This document shows, piece by piece, positions 42,001 to 54,516 of a DNA stretch of 64,000 nucleotides. The stretch covers positions 724,065-788,064 of the forward strand of contig JAQGDQ010000032.1 of the NCBI GenBank assembly GCA_030141605.1. The letters are read 5' to 3'. The notes beneath the pieces are model-generated. The model was not told the DNA's origin. It was given only the letters and a program-made list of their open reading frames with translations, and searched no databases. This stretch comes from Tubiluchus corallicola. Its lineage: Eukaryota > Animalia > Priapulida. The stretch's first letter is position 1; every line of letters starts with the position of its first letter. The position numbers and the translations under genes are program-made.

Positions 42001-45000
42001 GATAGTCAATTTGCGTAACACGCTTAACCGTCTAAGTCGGAGCTAGACTTACATTTAATGAACCTAAGTATATGAAAAATGCTTAACTGTGATCCTTTAA
42101 ATTAAGGCTCTTTGATGTAGCTGACTACTGACACGCTCTTTATCATTTTTTATGCTACGATTCCTGTGTTCAATCAGAATTATGTATCTCCAAGTGTAAA
42201 AAAGGATCGCCTTTAGAATTTAATAGTGATGTCTGAGGTAACCGCAATATTACCATGTATGGCATGGCACTCGAGATCAGACATTTTTTCGTCTTCTCCA
42301 TTCTCGCAGTCACGGAAATCGTCGCACACCCTTTCAGTTAGAATACATTTTCCAGTGCTTAGGCACTGAAACCCGTCTTCACAAATTTTCATATCTGCAA
42401 CAATAAACATCTTTGAAAATTATTAAACACCGTTTTATTGTTATTAACATGGGCTTACTGGCTATCTCGGGTGATTAACTGCTTAAAAGAACATTTAGTG
42501 AATTAACTTCTCGCACATGAGGCTCAGGGTTACTAGTGGTAACATGTATAAAATTCGGAAAGAACAAACATGCCATTCACACAAGGTTTACGAGACGATC
42601 AAGACGCTCCTTGAGACCAGAGCTCCTTCAGAAATGATAAAAGAGCATTGCGTAGCATTACACCCAAGCAGTAAGCATTTTCGTCTAATGATGTTCCTAA
42701 GATGAAGTACAGCAGATTAGCAACTGCGGTTTATGACACAGATGGCGAAAACGTCTACCAAGTATAACTGAAGCTAAAAAAATCTACGTTAATCAAATTA
42801 AGGAATTTAAAGTTAGACCCGGTGTTCTACTAATCAAGTTGACTCTCATTTCTGTATTTGACATCAAAAGCTTCCAGATGGCAATAAATTTCAGTCCCAA
42901 ACGTGACGATAACAGTAATACCTAACACATGTTTGTGGACTACAGAATCTTGCTCTGGACCAGCAATCGTTTGGATACAGAATAGTTTTGATTTTTAGCA
43001 GACTTGGCGCTATTGTGGCTAGATTTGTTTGTCTGTTTGTCGGACTTACCACAAACAGAAATCAATTCATCAGATGAATCCCTGCAATCGTCAACATAGT
43101 CACACAATTTCTTTCTCGACAAACAAATACCTGTGTCGTTGCATCGAAATGTGTCACCTTCAAGGCACGGTTGGCTACCTGAAACAGAATATTTGTAAAC
43201 AATATAGCACAAATTAGCTTGCTGACAGCCTTCCAAGTTCCAGACTTGCTACGATCTTTATCTTGAACCATGCAATCAAATTCAACAACTATTATATTTT
43301 GTATATCATTGTCTAGTATTGCATAATGACGCATAATTTTGCTAATGGCCTGGGAGAGGCCATCGTTTGCTCAACTTGTATCATAGGTATGAAATGTTCC
43401 TTAATTGCTTTTGTTGAACTGTTACCAGTTTTCACCTTAAAATACCACCCTGGTAGGTTACATACTGCATCCGTCAAAAACTGGGTCCTCTGGTACTCCA
43501 TTTGGTACTATAAAACGCAATTTTTTGGCTTTTAATTTCTTGCAATTTAAACATTTTGTTATACAATCCGATACATTGCAAGTTAAAATCCAAAGCCTAC
43601 ATTTGATCAGTGAAAAGGTTGCGATCGGACAGGAATCTAGCTCAATATCAGTGAAGATGTGAAAAGTTTGACTCACTAATCACCACTATTGTTTATACGT
43701 GCTTATCAATGACCATGGAATATGGAGAAATTTCATTTCAGTATAATTTTCAGTCACTGAAAATTTCCTCACCATATTTTTGTATACATTCAGCATTACT
43801 TAAACTTGTTAATTCATGATCGTATCCGCATTGTGTAATTAGTTCGTCCACTGAATCAAGATAATCCGAGAAACCACTACACAGAAGTCTGCCGTCGTAG
43901 CAACGGTATGAATCAGGACAGCGTTCTTCGTATGGACCACACTTTATCGCCTCTGAAGTGAAAATAAAAATGTATAAAACTATACTCATTTAAACAGAAA
44001 ATAAGTACTATTCCATAGTATTATCCATTAGACATTATGAATAGCAATTGTTTATATAGCTTTTTCATCTCCTACCTCCTACATTGTAATGGTTCTGTCC
44101 ATTGGGAAGCCATTGCATAATGGTACCAAATTATAATTAGACTGGGACACATGTAATGGTTCCGTGATTCAGCAGGTGTTTTTAAAATTTCAGACCTGTT
44201 CCAAAGGCATGAAGGAAGCAAGAAGGGCCGTCTGGTAGTTTGTTTTTTAAAGATATTATTTCTGAAGATTTCTTAGCACCATCATCAAAATTTCCATAGC
44301 AAATACTGCGAATGTGGAAATCTGCGAGACAAAATTTTCGGTTAGTATTTATTTCGTCTTGTAATAGAGTTCATGGCAGTTTCGCGGCCAATACGTTTTT
44401 TTTAAACAGAGGGCTAATATCTCGTTCTTGCGAAGATAAAATGAAGTATCTTAGATTTAAGACAAGAGAGTTTCAACTCATGTGCAACCATGCGTAAAAA
44501 GAGGACTTGTATTTCCCTTTTGAGCAAACAAGCTAAACAAGTAAGCAGTGGATTCAATATTTTGTGATTATATTTTTAATGAATTAGTTTCAGACTTTGT
44601 CAGTTTGTTGACCTTGTCTGCGCTGCTGCAGTCTGGAGCTTTTAATCAGCAAGTTTTTTGTATTTCTGTTAACAGTCCCAAAGTTATTACTTAGTAATAA
44701 GTACTCACCACACATTTCCACATTTTCGTCCCAGTTATTACCACAGTCATCAAAGCTATCGCACACATTCTTATCCAAGATACAACGAAGCGTTCCCTCA
44801 CATAGCGTATAGCCTTGTGGACAGTCCAGTGATTCTATAATAGAATAAATATCACTGAGCATTCATCTGGAATTTGCAAGCATTGCGAAAAACTTTATCC
44901 TTGTAATGACGTCAAAATAACAAGGCTTATGCAACAAAAAATCCATAATTGTGAGTTCAATCAGTTAATTAAGCGAAAATACAGGTATTACACAAAAGAC

Positions 45001-48000
45001 AAAAGAGTAACAGTCAAATATTTGACAAATATATTAAACAACAATGTCACAATGTAGACTTTCTGTTTAGCTTTTTCTGGTGTCAGATGAAATTTCAGTT
45101 TCATCATCACCTGAGATGTCTTATTTGAGTAGACCATTTGCTTGCATATTTTGATGTTATATATAATTTTGTATATATAAAAGTATGGATATTGTACTGT
45201 GTGCACCGTTTGTAATTTCGCTTTGCACCTTTTAGTATTACGTGAAACTATTTGTAAAAGTTGTTTAGTATCCATAAATTGGTAAACAGTTGTAAGCCTG
45301 CAGAAAAAGAGGTATAACTAAACAGTTACAACAATAACAATAATCACCCCCCATCTCTCTTGCAACTCACCTAATAACTACCGACTGTGTATATAGCGAT
45401 TGTTATATTATGCTGAGCTATAAAAACACTCTATTTGTATAGGCTTTTATTCGCCCTTGTTTGTAGTTTTGGAAAATTTGTGATATGAATACCATGCCAT
45501 ATTATGGATTTGCATTATTAATTTGCCTTATTTGTAATAGGTGACTATAACAATAATGATCATAGCTCATAAAATAACCACATAAAATGCACAGCATATA
45601 GCAGGAAAATACTAGTGACAACAAACAGTAAGTATAGAGTGGGGAAGTGTACATTACAATAATAACAATATGTTCTTTACATGACACATTTCTCTAATCG
45701 AAGTACCACGCGTAATATCCTGCAAACATTGAAGAAAGTCACAGAGATGTAGGCTACATCATATGTGGAAGCAAGAATATCTGCATATCATGGAATCTTG
45801 GAATAGAAGTCAAACAGAAGTGCAGCAATTGGATTCCGTAAATTTGTTAACCAGGCTTTGTCTCCACGTTATGGCAGTGCTTACTGAACTCTCTAACTTG
45901 ATAGTTATTATAGCAATTGTAAAGTACAGACACTTGGAAGAGTACAAAAATTGGTACATATGTAATTTAGCAGTTACAGACATGTTGACGGGAACACTTT
46001 TACATGTTTTTATGTACTCGCATTCCATCAAAAATCATCCATTGGCTAGACATAAATGTTTAATTTTATTATCCTTTGGTCTTGTCTTTATTTACGAATC
46101 TGTAATAATGTTAACAGCTGTTACGATAGACAGATTTCTCATCATAAAATACCCATTACAATATGTCGATATGTGGAAGAGCTGGATGGTTCTTCTTGTT
46201 ATTTTTTGCTCATGGATATGCTCTCTTGGAACAGGCGTGTTACTATATTACGGAAACAGGCGACATGTTTTTTATTGTACAATGACACACGTTGCTAGTT
46301 TGGAATTAATCATACTGACGTCTATTGTTTTTTGTGTAATTGCAGTTGTGTTACTTTTCATCAACACTAGTATAGTGAGTATTGCTCGAAGACATATGCG
46401 GCAGATTGAATCAGAAATTGATGCTCGAAGATCATTCAAGCGCAACTTAAAATCAGCCAAGTTCTTCAGTTTGGTGGTTGGTGTCTTCTTCGTGTGTTGC
46501 TCTCCTTTTCTTGTGATCAGCGTGATTACAGCTCAGGGTGAGGATGAAATTATTCTTCCATCATCTGTCATTTCAATCTGCTACCTTCTATTGAACTGTA
46601 ACTCGTTTATGAATCCCGTAATTTATGCTTGGAAAAATAAAGAACTTCGAGCGTCTCTAAAGAAAGTACTTCAGTGGGACAGATTAGCCGCTTTGTTCAA
46701 AAGAAATGATGACTGCGATAACTTGCAGAACTAATCTGATTCTGCCTTTACGGCTTAGATTAGGCATGTACTCTGTTACGACTAATATTTATAGTAGTAG
46801 TAGTTTACTGACTAGTTAATAAACGCAAAATTTACTGTATTAGGCTATATGATAACCAGTCTAAACAGTCCAAGAAAATACATAGCAGCAATATTTATAC
46901 AGAGGCAAATTTAAATTGCATATAGCATGATCTTAACTACTCAGTCAATAATCAATCATCTAAAAAGTTTGTAGCACATTCCAAAATTTGTAAATGTGCG
47001 CGGCAAAATACAGTAGATATCATTGAAAAATCCACATAGTTTAATAAAGTTTTAGTATTGTAAAGCCTTTAAATAAATGATTAGTACACCGCATTCACAC
47101 ATTCTATTTTTCCTTGGTATCTAGCATATAAAACATGTATAAACGCCAATTTCATTATTTTTAATGGCTTGACTAGAAAGTTCTCGGCTTCACGATCTTG
47201 GACATGAGTGCAACTCTAGCAGATTGGTCCTGCTAGATGTATTTTTGCTGAGATATCTTATTGTGATTGAATAATGATTCATTGTGTGTCAATTATTCAA
47301 GTCGCATATCTGACACGGTTGCTTCCAAAATATATAATTTTTGCTTTTTGCTGGAGAAGTTGGTATAACTAGTGCAGTTATAGAAGACAGCTTTCGTCCA
47401 TATCACTAAATTTTTAATTTTCAGTATATAACACGTATAAGAATCATTTCTTTTTAATCATTTCCTAACCAAGCCAGTACATTGCTTAAGTTATATAAAG
47501 TTATACAAAGTTATATATTGCTGAAGGCAGCTGACTGAATTCAGTTGGTATTTTCGTTTGTCTAAAAAATAACTATTAATTTGTAATCGCTAATCTAAGT
47601 ACATTCAGTACCACTGTTTCCCAGTATCCAGGCTAGTTTTTTGAGAATTTGCTAAGTTCAGCTGTTACACATAATCTTACTTACAGTACGTTAAGTTGAT
47701 GTGCTGACATGGTGAGTTACAATTTACATTTCTGACGGAACTGAAATCACAGCAGGACTTAATACGGACGGTTGGGCCACAACCGGTACCTAACACGTTA
47801 TCAAGGATAATAAAAAGACAACGAATCAGCAGAAGTACCTTAACGACAGCGTACACACCCTTTTTTAATGAGGGTGTTTTTCGGGAAGACCGAGCAAAAC
47901 GGTCATCTCGACTGTCACTTATTCATTTATCAACCAGGTTCGGCTTTGCTTAGTTTCGTTCGCCAAGCATACACCTTGAGAACTCAGCTATTTCTCTCAT

Positions 48001-50872
48001 TTCTGGGAGGAGGAACAGTTGGTGTGTAATAATCTCTGAAAGTTAAACCAAACCATTTCTTTTTGTTGGGGAACGGAGGCGCTTAAGTGAAAAATTTTTA
48101 AATAGACAAATGATAGAAATTATGAAAAAGAAGAATCAAAATGATTAGCCATTTCAAGCTCAGTCTGAACTTTTTGGTGAAAACTTGTAATTTAAGTACA
48201 AGAAGCAATAAATTAAGATTCATTTGTTCTACTAAACCAACTGATTAGCACAATTGTAATATATCTGTTTTGAAACCACACTTTCATCAAAAACTTTGAA
48301 ATCCTTCGCAAAAACTAAAAATTTACATGTATAAAAACTTGGAATTATTTACCACAAACTGCGGGGTTTTCGTCTTTGCCGTTGCCGCAGTCGCTGTAGC
48401 CGTCACAAGCACATACTCTGTTCAAGCACACATTATTACACTGGATCATCTGGTCAGAGCAAGGTTCAGGAGTTTCTAGAATTTAGCAACGAAAGGAAAG
48501 TCCAGTAAAAGAATGCCTCATTGCACATTAAAATAAAAATAATTATATTTAACACGCGACATGCTCATTCTTATTATTTTGAAAAACAATTACAGTTCTA
48601 CTTTATAAAAAGAGAACAAAAAGCATATCATTTAATAGGTACAGTAAAGCACGATTGTCACAGCGTCTGAAGTTCTTAATCGAGAAGTGCTTAATTTTTA
48701 AAGTATCTTTTTAAACATATTCGCACACTATTGAACGCAGTTAAACACAGTTAAATCGCTATTCAATAATCATTAGTTGTCTACTATAAGAGCACTGAAT
48801 TACACAACTTAAGTCAACAGCTTACATTTTAAAACACAGAGTTGAACATAATCCGTAAGGCGTAAGCGTAAACGCACTCAGTAAAGAGAACGCAAAATAG
48901 AGCATAGAATACTACTAGTATAGTGCTGGCACTTAACTAGATACGCTGTAATTTTGTTCAATTAAACGTTCATTTATCCACCATAGTTCAGTACGATACT
49001 GCAACTACGGATATGCCAGATACCTCAATTACTTAGAAATTACTAATTCAGCAAATTAAACTAAAGTTAAAATAAATTTATTTTTGCCTGCCCTTGGACT
49101 TTCCATTAGTGCTGCTTGTGATTATTTGTTATTCAATTTAATTTGAAAGGATAGCTGACTAGATGGCCTTTTGCTCGCTATTTTCTCTATTCTTCACTTG
49201 CATTAATAACTATTAGACCCTATTTATCTTTATATACCATTGTACTCTTGTTGTAGAGTGGATGTGGTTATTATTCAATGTACATCTAGTATGATGGAGA
49301 ACTTTAATTCAATTCAATAATTTTCTCAAATCCGTCTTTTCGAGTTGATATATCTTATCAAACGTATGTCTTCACTATAAACAACTTCGTATATGAAATA
49401 TTTACTACCTTTTAGTTGAATGATGTATGTGTATATTTAATCATCCTTCGCGGAGTGGGAGGGGTAATTCTTATTTATGTATATACAGTATATTTAATAA
49501 TAACTATTAATAGTTGTAATTTACCATTTTACTTAAGGGATTGTCCTTGTTAAATTTCAAAACCCTTCAAATGTTTTAAAATGATCCTGCAAGACAGCCT
49601 TTTAAATATTCCTGTTTTTAGAAAAAAAAATTTTTGAAAGTTTTTTCCAAGTAGCTGTGTGCACTTCTAAAGTCTTTAAATGTTTTGGGATTTTTAATTT
49701 TTTACACAATTTTTTATACAAAACGCTTTTAAATGTCTTAGAACATTATAGACATTTCAGAAAAACCTCTTTTGGTGTAGTTAGCATACCGCAATTTTTT
49801 TCATCATCGCCATCGTCGCAGTCCGGTTTACCATCACAGACGAATGTTTTTGGAATGCAGTTACTCGACGTTCCCGGACATTTATAAAAACCCTCACTGC
49901 AGATTATTTCACCTAAATAAATACATGCAAGAAAAAATGTATTACAATAGGGATGGAATTAAATGAATAATGCCATTGTTGCCTGGCAACATAGTAGTTT
50001 GAACCAGTTCAGGTGTTTTCTTGCCTGTCTGTTGCATTTAACACCTGGAATGATTCGTGGAACTTCAAATAATTTCTTTTTAAATTCATGTTGATAGTAA
50101 CTACTTGTCATTATATAAAGAAGCATTATATAAATAGCCTATCAGTATTTTTCAACGTAATCAGAATGAGATTCTTGCTCGCTCATGGTTTTAAAAAATC
50201 TCTCTCCCTCGATTAATTAATCGTTAATTAATTAACCGATAATTAATAGTGATTATACATAAATCGTTAATTTAACCAGTTCTGGCTTAGCACAGTTCAA
50301 TACCTAAAAATTCTAGAAAACTACAAACATATTCATTTCAGTGTTAACAAATGTTCAGTGTTAACAAAATTATTTAATACAACATGCATTATTAAATTAT
50401 TCAGAATCATGATTACTGCCTTAATTTTCGAATGACAATTATGTAAAGGTCTAAAGTGTGCGACACACGCAAATGCTAACATACCTTCATTCGTTATGAT
50501 CTAATCCTTTAATTAGCACAATTTCCCTTTTTTGTAATGACCATAATTATGTATTCAATTAAACATATCTTCACTGAGTGATAGCGAGCACGACTTTCAT
50601 CAAATTAACTACACTGCATATCAATAAACAGTAAAAAAGCTGTCTTTAAGATGTGTGTTTTTATGATTAGTTGTATATTTAGTACCTCGAACAATGTTTC
50701 CAAAGTAGGGATAGACATAATCGTCCCTACTAGTTTCGCCTTTTTTAAACTCAACATCTTTAAATTCGTTAAAGCCTTCTCTACCGTGCTTGCCTTCTTC
50801 AAGCTCTGACCATAACTGCCCATATGAACATGCACAAAATGCGAAACACAACACAACATAATAATATTTCAT
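36532..50872 (-). CDS. Multi-exon class-B/Methuselah-like GPCR with 9 LDLa repeats and a somatomedin-B domain (~1397 aa)
   Basis: Hand-spliced GT-AG exons: 50872-50686, 49912-49790, 48475-48353, 44834-44709, 43952-43773, 43178-43050, 42394-42254, 41828-41700, 40724-40608, 39929-39795, 39637-39487, 39275-39109, 39017-36532; phases all compatible, total 4194 nt without internal stop. Joining into one transcript is inferred. Confidence 0.8.
39109..39275 (-). CDS. Exon 12: somatomedin-B C-terminal half
   Basis: YGDCCYDYEATC...; ag/gt boundaries, phase 2 to 1. Confidence 0.9.
39487..39637 (-). CDS. Exon 11: somatomedin-B N-terminal half
   Basis: ...FSCWGRCGAAGRLSCSCDQFCY; donor gtaagt. Confidence 0.9.
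39795..39929 (-). CDS. Exon 10: LDLa repeat 9
   Basis: FCGQEAPFNCGEDDAKCLPLRLVCDGYEDCSSGRDEEVSFC; phase 1-1. Confidence 0.9.
40608..40724 (-). CDS. Exon 9: LDLa repeat 8
   Basis: ICDGVRCMTGECLEENVRCDGNDDCLEGEDEFGC; phase 1-1. Confidence 0.9.
41700..41828 (-). CDS. Exon 8: LDLa repeat 7
   Basis: PCNYTRCKDTGRCIRDWFVCDGISHCADSSDETDC; good acceptor, weak donor (aa|gtgatc). Confidence 0.8.
42254..42394 (-). CDS. Exon 7: LDLa repeat 6
   Basis: ICEDGFQCLSTGKCILTERVCDDFRDCENGEDEKMSDLEC; phase 1-1. Confidence 0.9.
43050..43178 (-). CDS. Exon 6: LDLa repeat 5
   Basis: PCLEGDTFRCNDTGICLSRKKLCDYVDDCRDSSDELISVC; donor gtaagt. Confidence 0.9.
43210..43690 (-). mobile_element. Highly degenerate BEL/Pao integrase remnant in intron
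   Basis: TFSLIKCRLWI...CITKCLNCKK, then EQTMASPRPL, then VQDKDRSKSGTWK in different frames: order of Pao zinc-binding, core end and DUF5641-like tail. Confidence 0.55.
43773..43952 (-). CDS. Exon 5: atypical LDLa repeat 4
   Basis: KCGPYEERCPDSYRCYDGRLLCSGFSDYLDSVDELITQCG...; fifth Cys is Tyr; next in-phase donor is g|gtgagg at 43773. Confidence 0.65.
44709..44834 (-). CDS. Exon 4: LDLa repeat 3
   Basis: DCPQGYTLCEGTLRCILDKNVCDSFDDCGNNWDENVEMC; donor gtgagt. Confidence 0.9.
45763..46734 (+). CDS. Intronless class-A (rhodopsin-like) orphan GPCR, nested antisense
   Basis: 323-aa ORF with 7 TMs: SNLIVI, NLAVTD, DRFLIIKYPLQY, TM4 Trp, FFVCCSPF, NSFMNPVIYAWKNKELR; AATAAA at 46818-46823. Confidence 0.93.
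   Translation: MWKQEYLHIMESWNRSQTEVQQLDSVNLLTRLCLHVMAVLTELSNLIVIIAIVKYRHLEEYKNWYICNLAVTDMLTGTLLHVFMYSHSIKNHPLARHKCLILLSFGLVFIYESVIMLTAVTIDRFLIIKYPLQYVDMWKSWMVLLVIFCSWICSLGTGVLLYYGNRRHVFYCTMTHVASLELIILTSIVFCVIAVVLLFINTSIVSIARRHMRQIESEIDARRSFKRNLKSAKFFSLVVGVFFVCCSPFLVISVITAQGEDEIILPSSVISICYLLLNCNSFMNPVIYAWKNKELRASLKKVLQWDRLAALFKRNDDCDNLQN
48353..48475 (-). CDS. Exon 3: LDLa repeat 2
   Basis: PCSDQMIQCNNVCLNRVCACDGYSDCGNGKDENPAVC; phase 1-1, 123 nt. Confidence 0.88.
49790..49912 (-). CDS. Exon 2: LDLa repeat 1
   Basis: ICSEGFYKCPGTSSNCIPKTFVCDGKPDCDDGDDEKNC; phase 1-1, 123 nt. Confidence 0.9.
50686..50872 (-). CDS. Exon 1: signal peptide and charged leader
   Basis: MKYYYVVLCFAFCACSYG|QLW... 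signal-peptide pattern; phase-1 donor gag|gtacta. Confidence 0.75.
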
Positions 50873-52559
50873 TGTTATTATATGACCAGTTAACCTCTAT
50901 GTCTTTCACTGATCAACACCGCGTTACAGCCTTCACATTTGTAATCTCAGAACTCACACGCTTGGATAGTCTTCTAAACCTTGAACGCAGCACACAAACA
51001 TCTTAAAGTGTTTTAAACCTTCTTTAAAATGGCTCAGCCCGTTCAGATGTTAACAAAACCAGTATAATTACAGCCTTATATACAAGAACATCCTGTGCGC
51101 CATACCATCAGTAAGGAGTAAATCAACAGGTGACTGAGACTGTAATACAGTTACGCTTTTAATTCTGTCAATACCGGAAAAGGAAACGCACGTGACACAG
51201 AAAGAATAGCGTCTTAACTTTCAGTTAAATGTAAGAAAGCTAGACAATGTCAGCCATCTCATAAGTCTAAGTAAACCTTAATTTTTTGAGTTTTCTTTCC
51301 CCTTTTTGCCGATTTAGTAGAGAAGTGTAGAGAAGTATCAACTGTTCGTACTAAGCCTTTCGTACCCCTAACAGAAATTAGCTAAAGCACTTGCTATTTC
51401 CAGAAAGATCCTTTTAGTTTACATAACTCACCTTTCTGCCAGCAGATGGCTCCACAGAGTTGAGCTGTCAATACTGACTTGAATGCCATTTTGCTCAGTT
51501 GCTACGTCAGGAATTAGGACATTAGCAATTCTGCGATTTTCCGTGTCACCAGAAATAATAGCGAATCTAAATTAGATACACTGATAGAGATGTACTCCCA
51601 GTTATAAAATAATCTTCCAAATAATGTAAAACTAGCTTAATCTTATTCCGATTTTGCCAAATTAGTAAGTAGCTGGAGTGGTGAACAATGTAAAATTTAT
51701 TGTCCTCCTTGTTATAAATAGCCATCCTGTATACACTGTATACTTTGATAGGAACAGATTTAATTTTGTTTTTTCATTTCAGTTTTTCATTTTCTTTCAG
51801 AATACATGTATCTCAATTTATTACTTTCACAAAATCTGCTTAAGTCTTAACGATAAGTTCATTTCACCAATTTATCGTATAATTTATATACGTTGTCATC
51901 ATACTTTTAAACTTTTTTATTTTGTAGTCGATAAAAAGTTTTAACTGCTCGTGTTTATTCTAATTTTGTCAACTTTAAGTAAGCCTTTATCTTGTATCTC
52001 ACCTCACCTCATCTCATTCTTGTCTCATGCCGTTTCGTTCCGTCTCCGGCGTCTCATCCCATCCCGTCTCATCTCGTCTTTTTATATCGCAGCCATATAA
52101 ATACTATGTCACGGCCACGACTTGCGTATAACATGAAATATTTTTTCAATAGTATTTGCTTTACCACTTAATTTGTTTCATATAATCTTGATGGTAGTCA
52201 AATTTGGAAATTAGAATCAGAAACCGCTTTTTAAAATCAGAAGCAAAAGCAGAATTCATCGGTTGAAAAACAGTTACTCTATCCAACGTAGTAATTAATT
52301 GTAAATTTACCAATCTTCAGCCATAATAAGTGATTTAAATTTTTAAAAAAGTAAGACATGTTACTCAGAGTTGGCGGCATTACTCTCGCTTCTGTACGAG
52401 ACAATTGAAAAAGTCGTTTGTAAAGTAACAACGATAACACGAACGGATTTAAAACAATCTATTGCCGTGAAAAACATAAAGTATAGGGTATGAAGCCATT
52501 TTGATTCCGTTTTGAAAGAATTATTAATATAAGTATTCGGAAGTATAAACCAAGTCTTA

Positions 52560-53083
52560 GAGTAGCAGAGCTATGCAGCCTACGTATATGTTTGTAATAA
52601 TGTAAGTTAGTAAAAAAATTTCTTACAATTGCATTCATCTAATTATGGCAGATAAACCTATAACAACAGAAGTCTTCGGAAACAAAATACAGGAAACGAA
52701 AAGTAAAAAAGCTGATGAGTGGCGACATTGAACAGCAAAAACATTCGCTAATGAAGTATTTGCAACTGGCCCGGAGTTATTATTGTGAAGATGGCGACGC
52801 CAGTGAAATAGGTGAATACGTGAAATAGAGGAGTTAGGATTTCAAAAAGATCTGGTGAAAAGGCTGAGTGAAAATCTAGGTAGGAGTTTCAGAAATTGCT
52901 CTCCAAGACGTACGGGCACACTGGGGTGACCCACAGGGACGTACACTATGTTATAGTTACTTTAAATTTACTTGTGTTCAACTTAAAAATTTAAAGAATT
53001 AAAGATTTAGAATTTAACGTTCCGACCACAAATTTGGCGCCCTACGCAATTGCCTAGTTTGCTTAGTAATGAAGCCGGCCCTG
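52560..53083 (+). mobile_element. hAT-like DNA transposon remnant, copy 2
   Basis: Similar to 4861-5100; ends gcgccctacgcaattgcctagtttgcttagtaatgaagccggccctg (CAGGGCCGGC-type terminus). Confidence 0.55.
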
Positions 53084-53110
53084 TGAGTGCTATATTACTA
53101 CTGCAATTGC

Positions 53111-53466
53111 TATTGGGTGTCAGGAAATGACTGCCCTCAAGAAATCAAAAAGAATAGATAAAAACTGACAAAAAACTAGGACTGCCGTTATTCGTTGAAG
53201 ACCAGAAATGAGCTTGAGCTCGATTCACGTTGGTGTCTCAATGGAAATAGTGTCATTACTCAGTTCTTTTCCCCACTTTGTTACTTTTTTTATTTCTGAC
53301 ACTAACGAGTAAAAACAAGTTTAAAAAACATAAAAACAAAATGGTTACGACTAAAAGAACTTTAAAAAACATAAAAAACAAATATGTATAATGATCAAAA
53401 ATACGTTTATAAATACTTGTGGTCATTTATATGCATAATAGCGGGCTATCATTTCCGGACACTGTA
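53111..53466. mobile_element. Tc1/mariner-type MITE
   Basis: Imperfect inverted ends gtgtcaggaaatgactgccc / gggctatcatttccggacac, TA-flanked. Confidence 0.5.
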
Positions 53467-54516
53467 TATGTGATATTAAGTACGATACATACAGGCCTAT
53501 AAGTATAAATATTTTGTTTTTAGACACTTAGTCTGCATTCTATATAATTATGTAGTACGTTATTTGCACTTATTTGGAAATCGCTACTATCAAGATATAG
53601 GGTCCTAAAATTTTTCACGGCAAATTCCTTCTACCCCCTTGCAAAACTTCCTCAAGTATATGCTTTGCCCAAGATTTAAATGTCGTGCAAATTATTTTTC
53701 TTGCTTCTGGGCAGAGGTTTAAGTATATTTATCGTTTGTAAATTTGCCAGCTTATCATTATGCAATGGTTACGAATGCTGTTAGATAATCGCTTCTAGTA
53801 AATCACCATCCTATCAACAAGTTAGTAGACAGAAATTCTTCTCGGGATCAATGAAATTTGAAAAGACAACTGTTTTCTTATTAAGATATTCCATCGTACG
53901 CAGTTTCAAACGATGCACTTTTAGCGCAGTCTCAGTCCGTCCAAACTCGGTCTGTCTGAATCGAATGTGACAGACCAGTGTCACCTCGTGAAAGTCAGAA
54001 AACAGAGCGCTTGCAGCAGAAGCCCGTAATAGTGATGTTAACAAGAGTTAACAATGATCATCAAGAACACGTGAGTACAAGTTCACAAGTTTATGAAAAC
54101 CACTATGATAAGTAATGCGTAAAATTATTAACTTTATTGATTAAAGAAGTATAAATTTTGTTTAGTTAATGTTTTTTGTAGCAAGTGCGGCCAAAAAACC
54201 TTAAAACGTATTTAAAGAAATTAAATATACAAAAGACTTGTTTAAATTATTTTTCTCTTTTTTCCGTCCTTCCTTCCTTGGTCTGATTTGTTCCTTTCAT
54301 TTCTTTCCTTCTCTTTCACCACATTTAACCTCGCCACCTCGTCACCCGTCCCGTCACACGTCCTTTCGTTACCTTTGTTCTTCTTTTTGTTCTGATCAAA
54401 TGCGCACCCTTTCTTTCCATTTGCGCGCTAACGATTTTTATCTTTCGGCTTTTGTTATTCAAAATAAAATGTGTCACGAAAATTCGAAACTGTTTATGGT
54501 TTAGTTGTACTAACAA

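Noticed and set aside
47685-48035. Possible extra exon of the LDLa receptor (acceptor-like tttcag, donor gtaagt)
   Set aside because: Phase-1 and phase-2 readings hit stops early and show no domain pattern.
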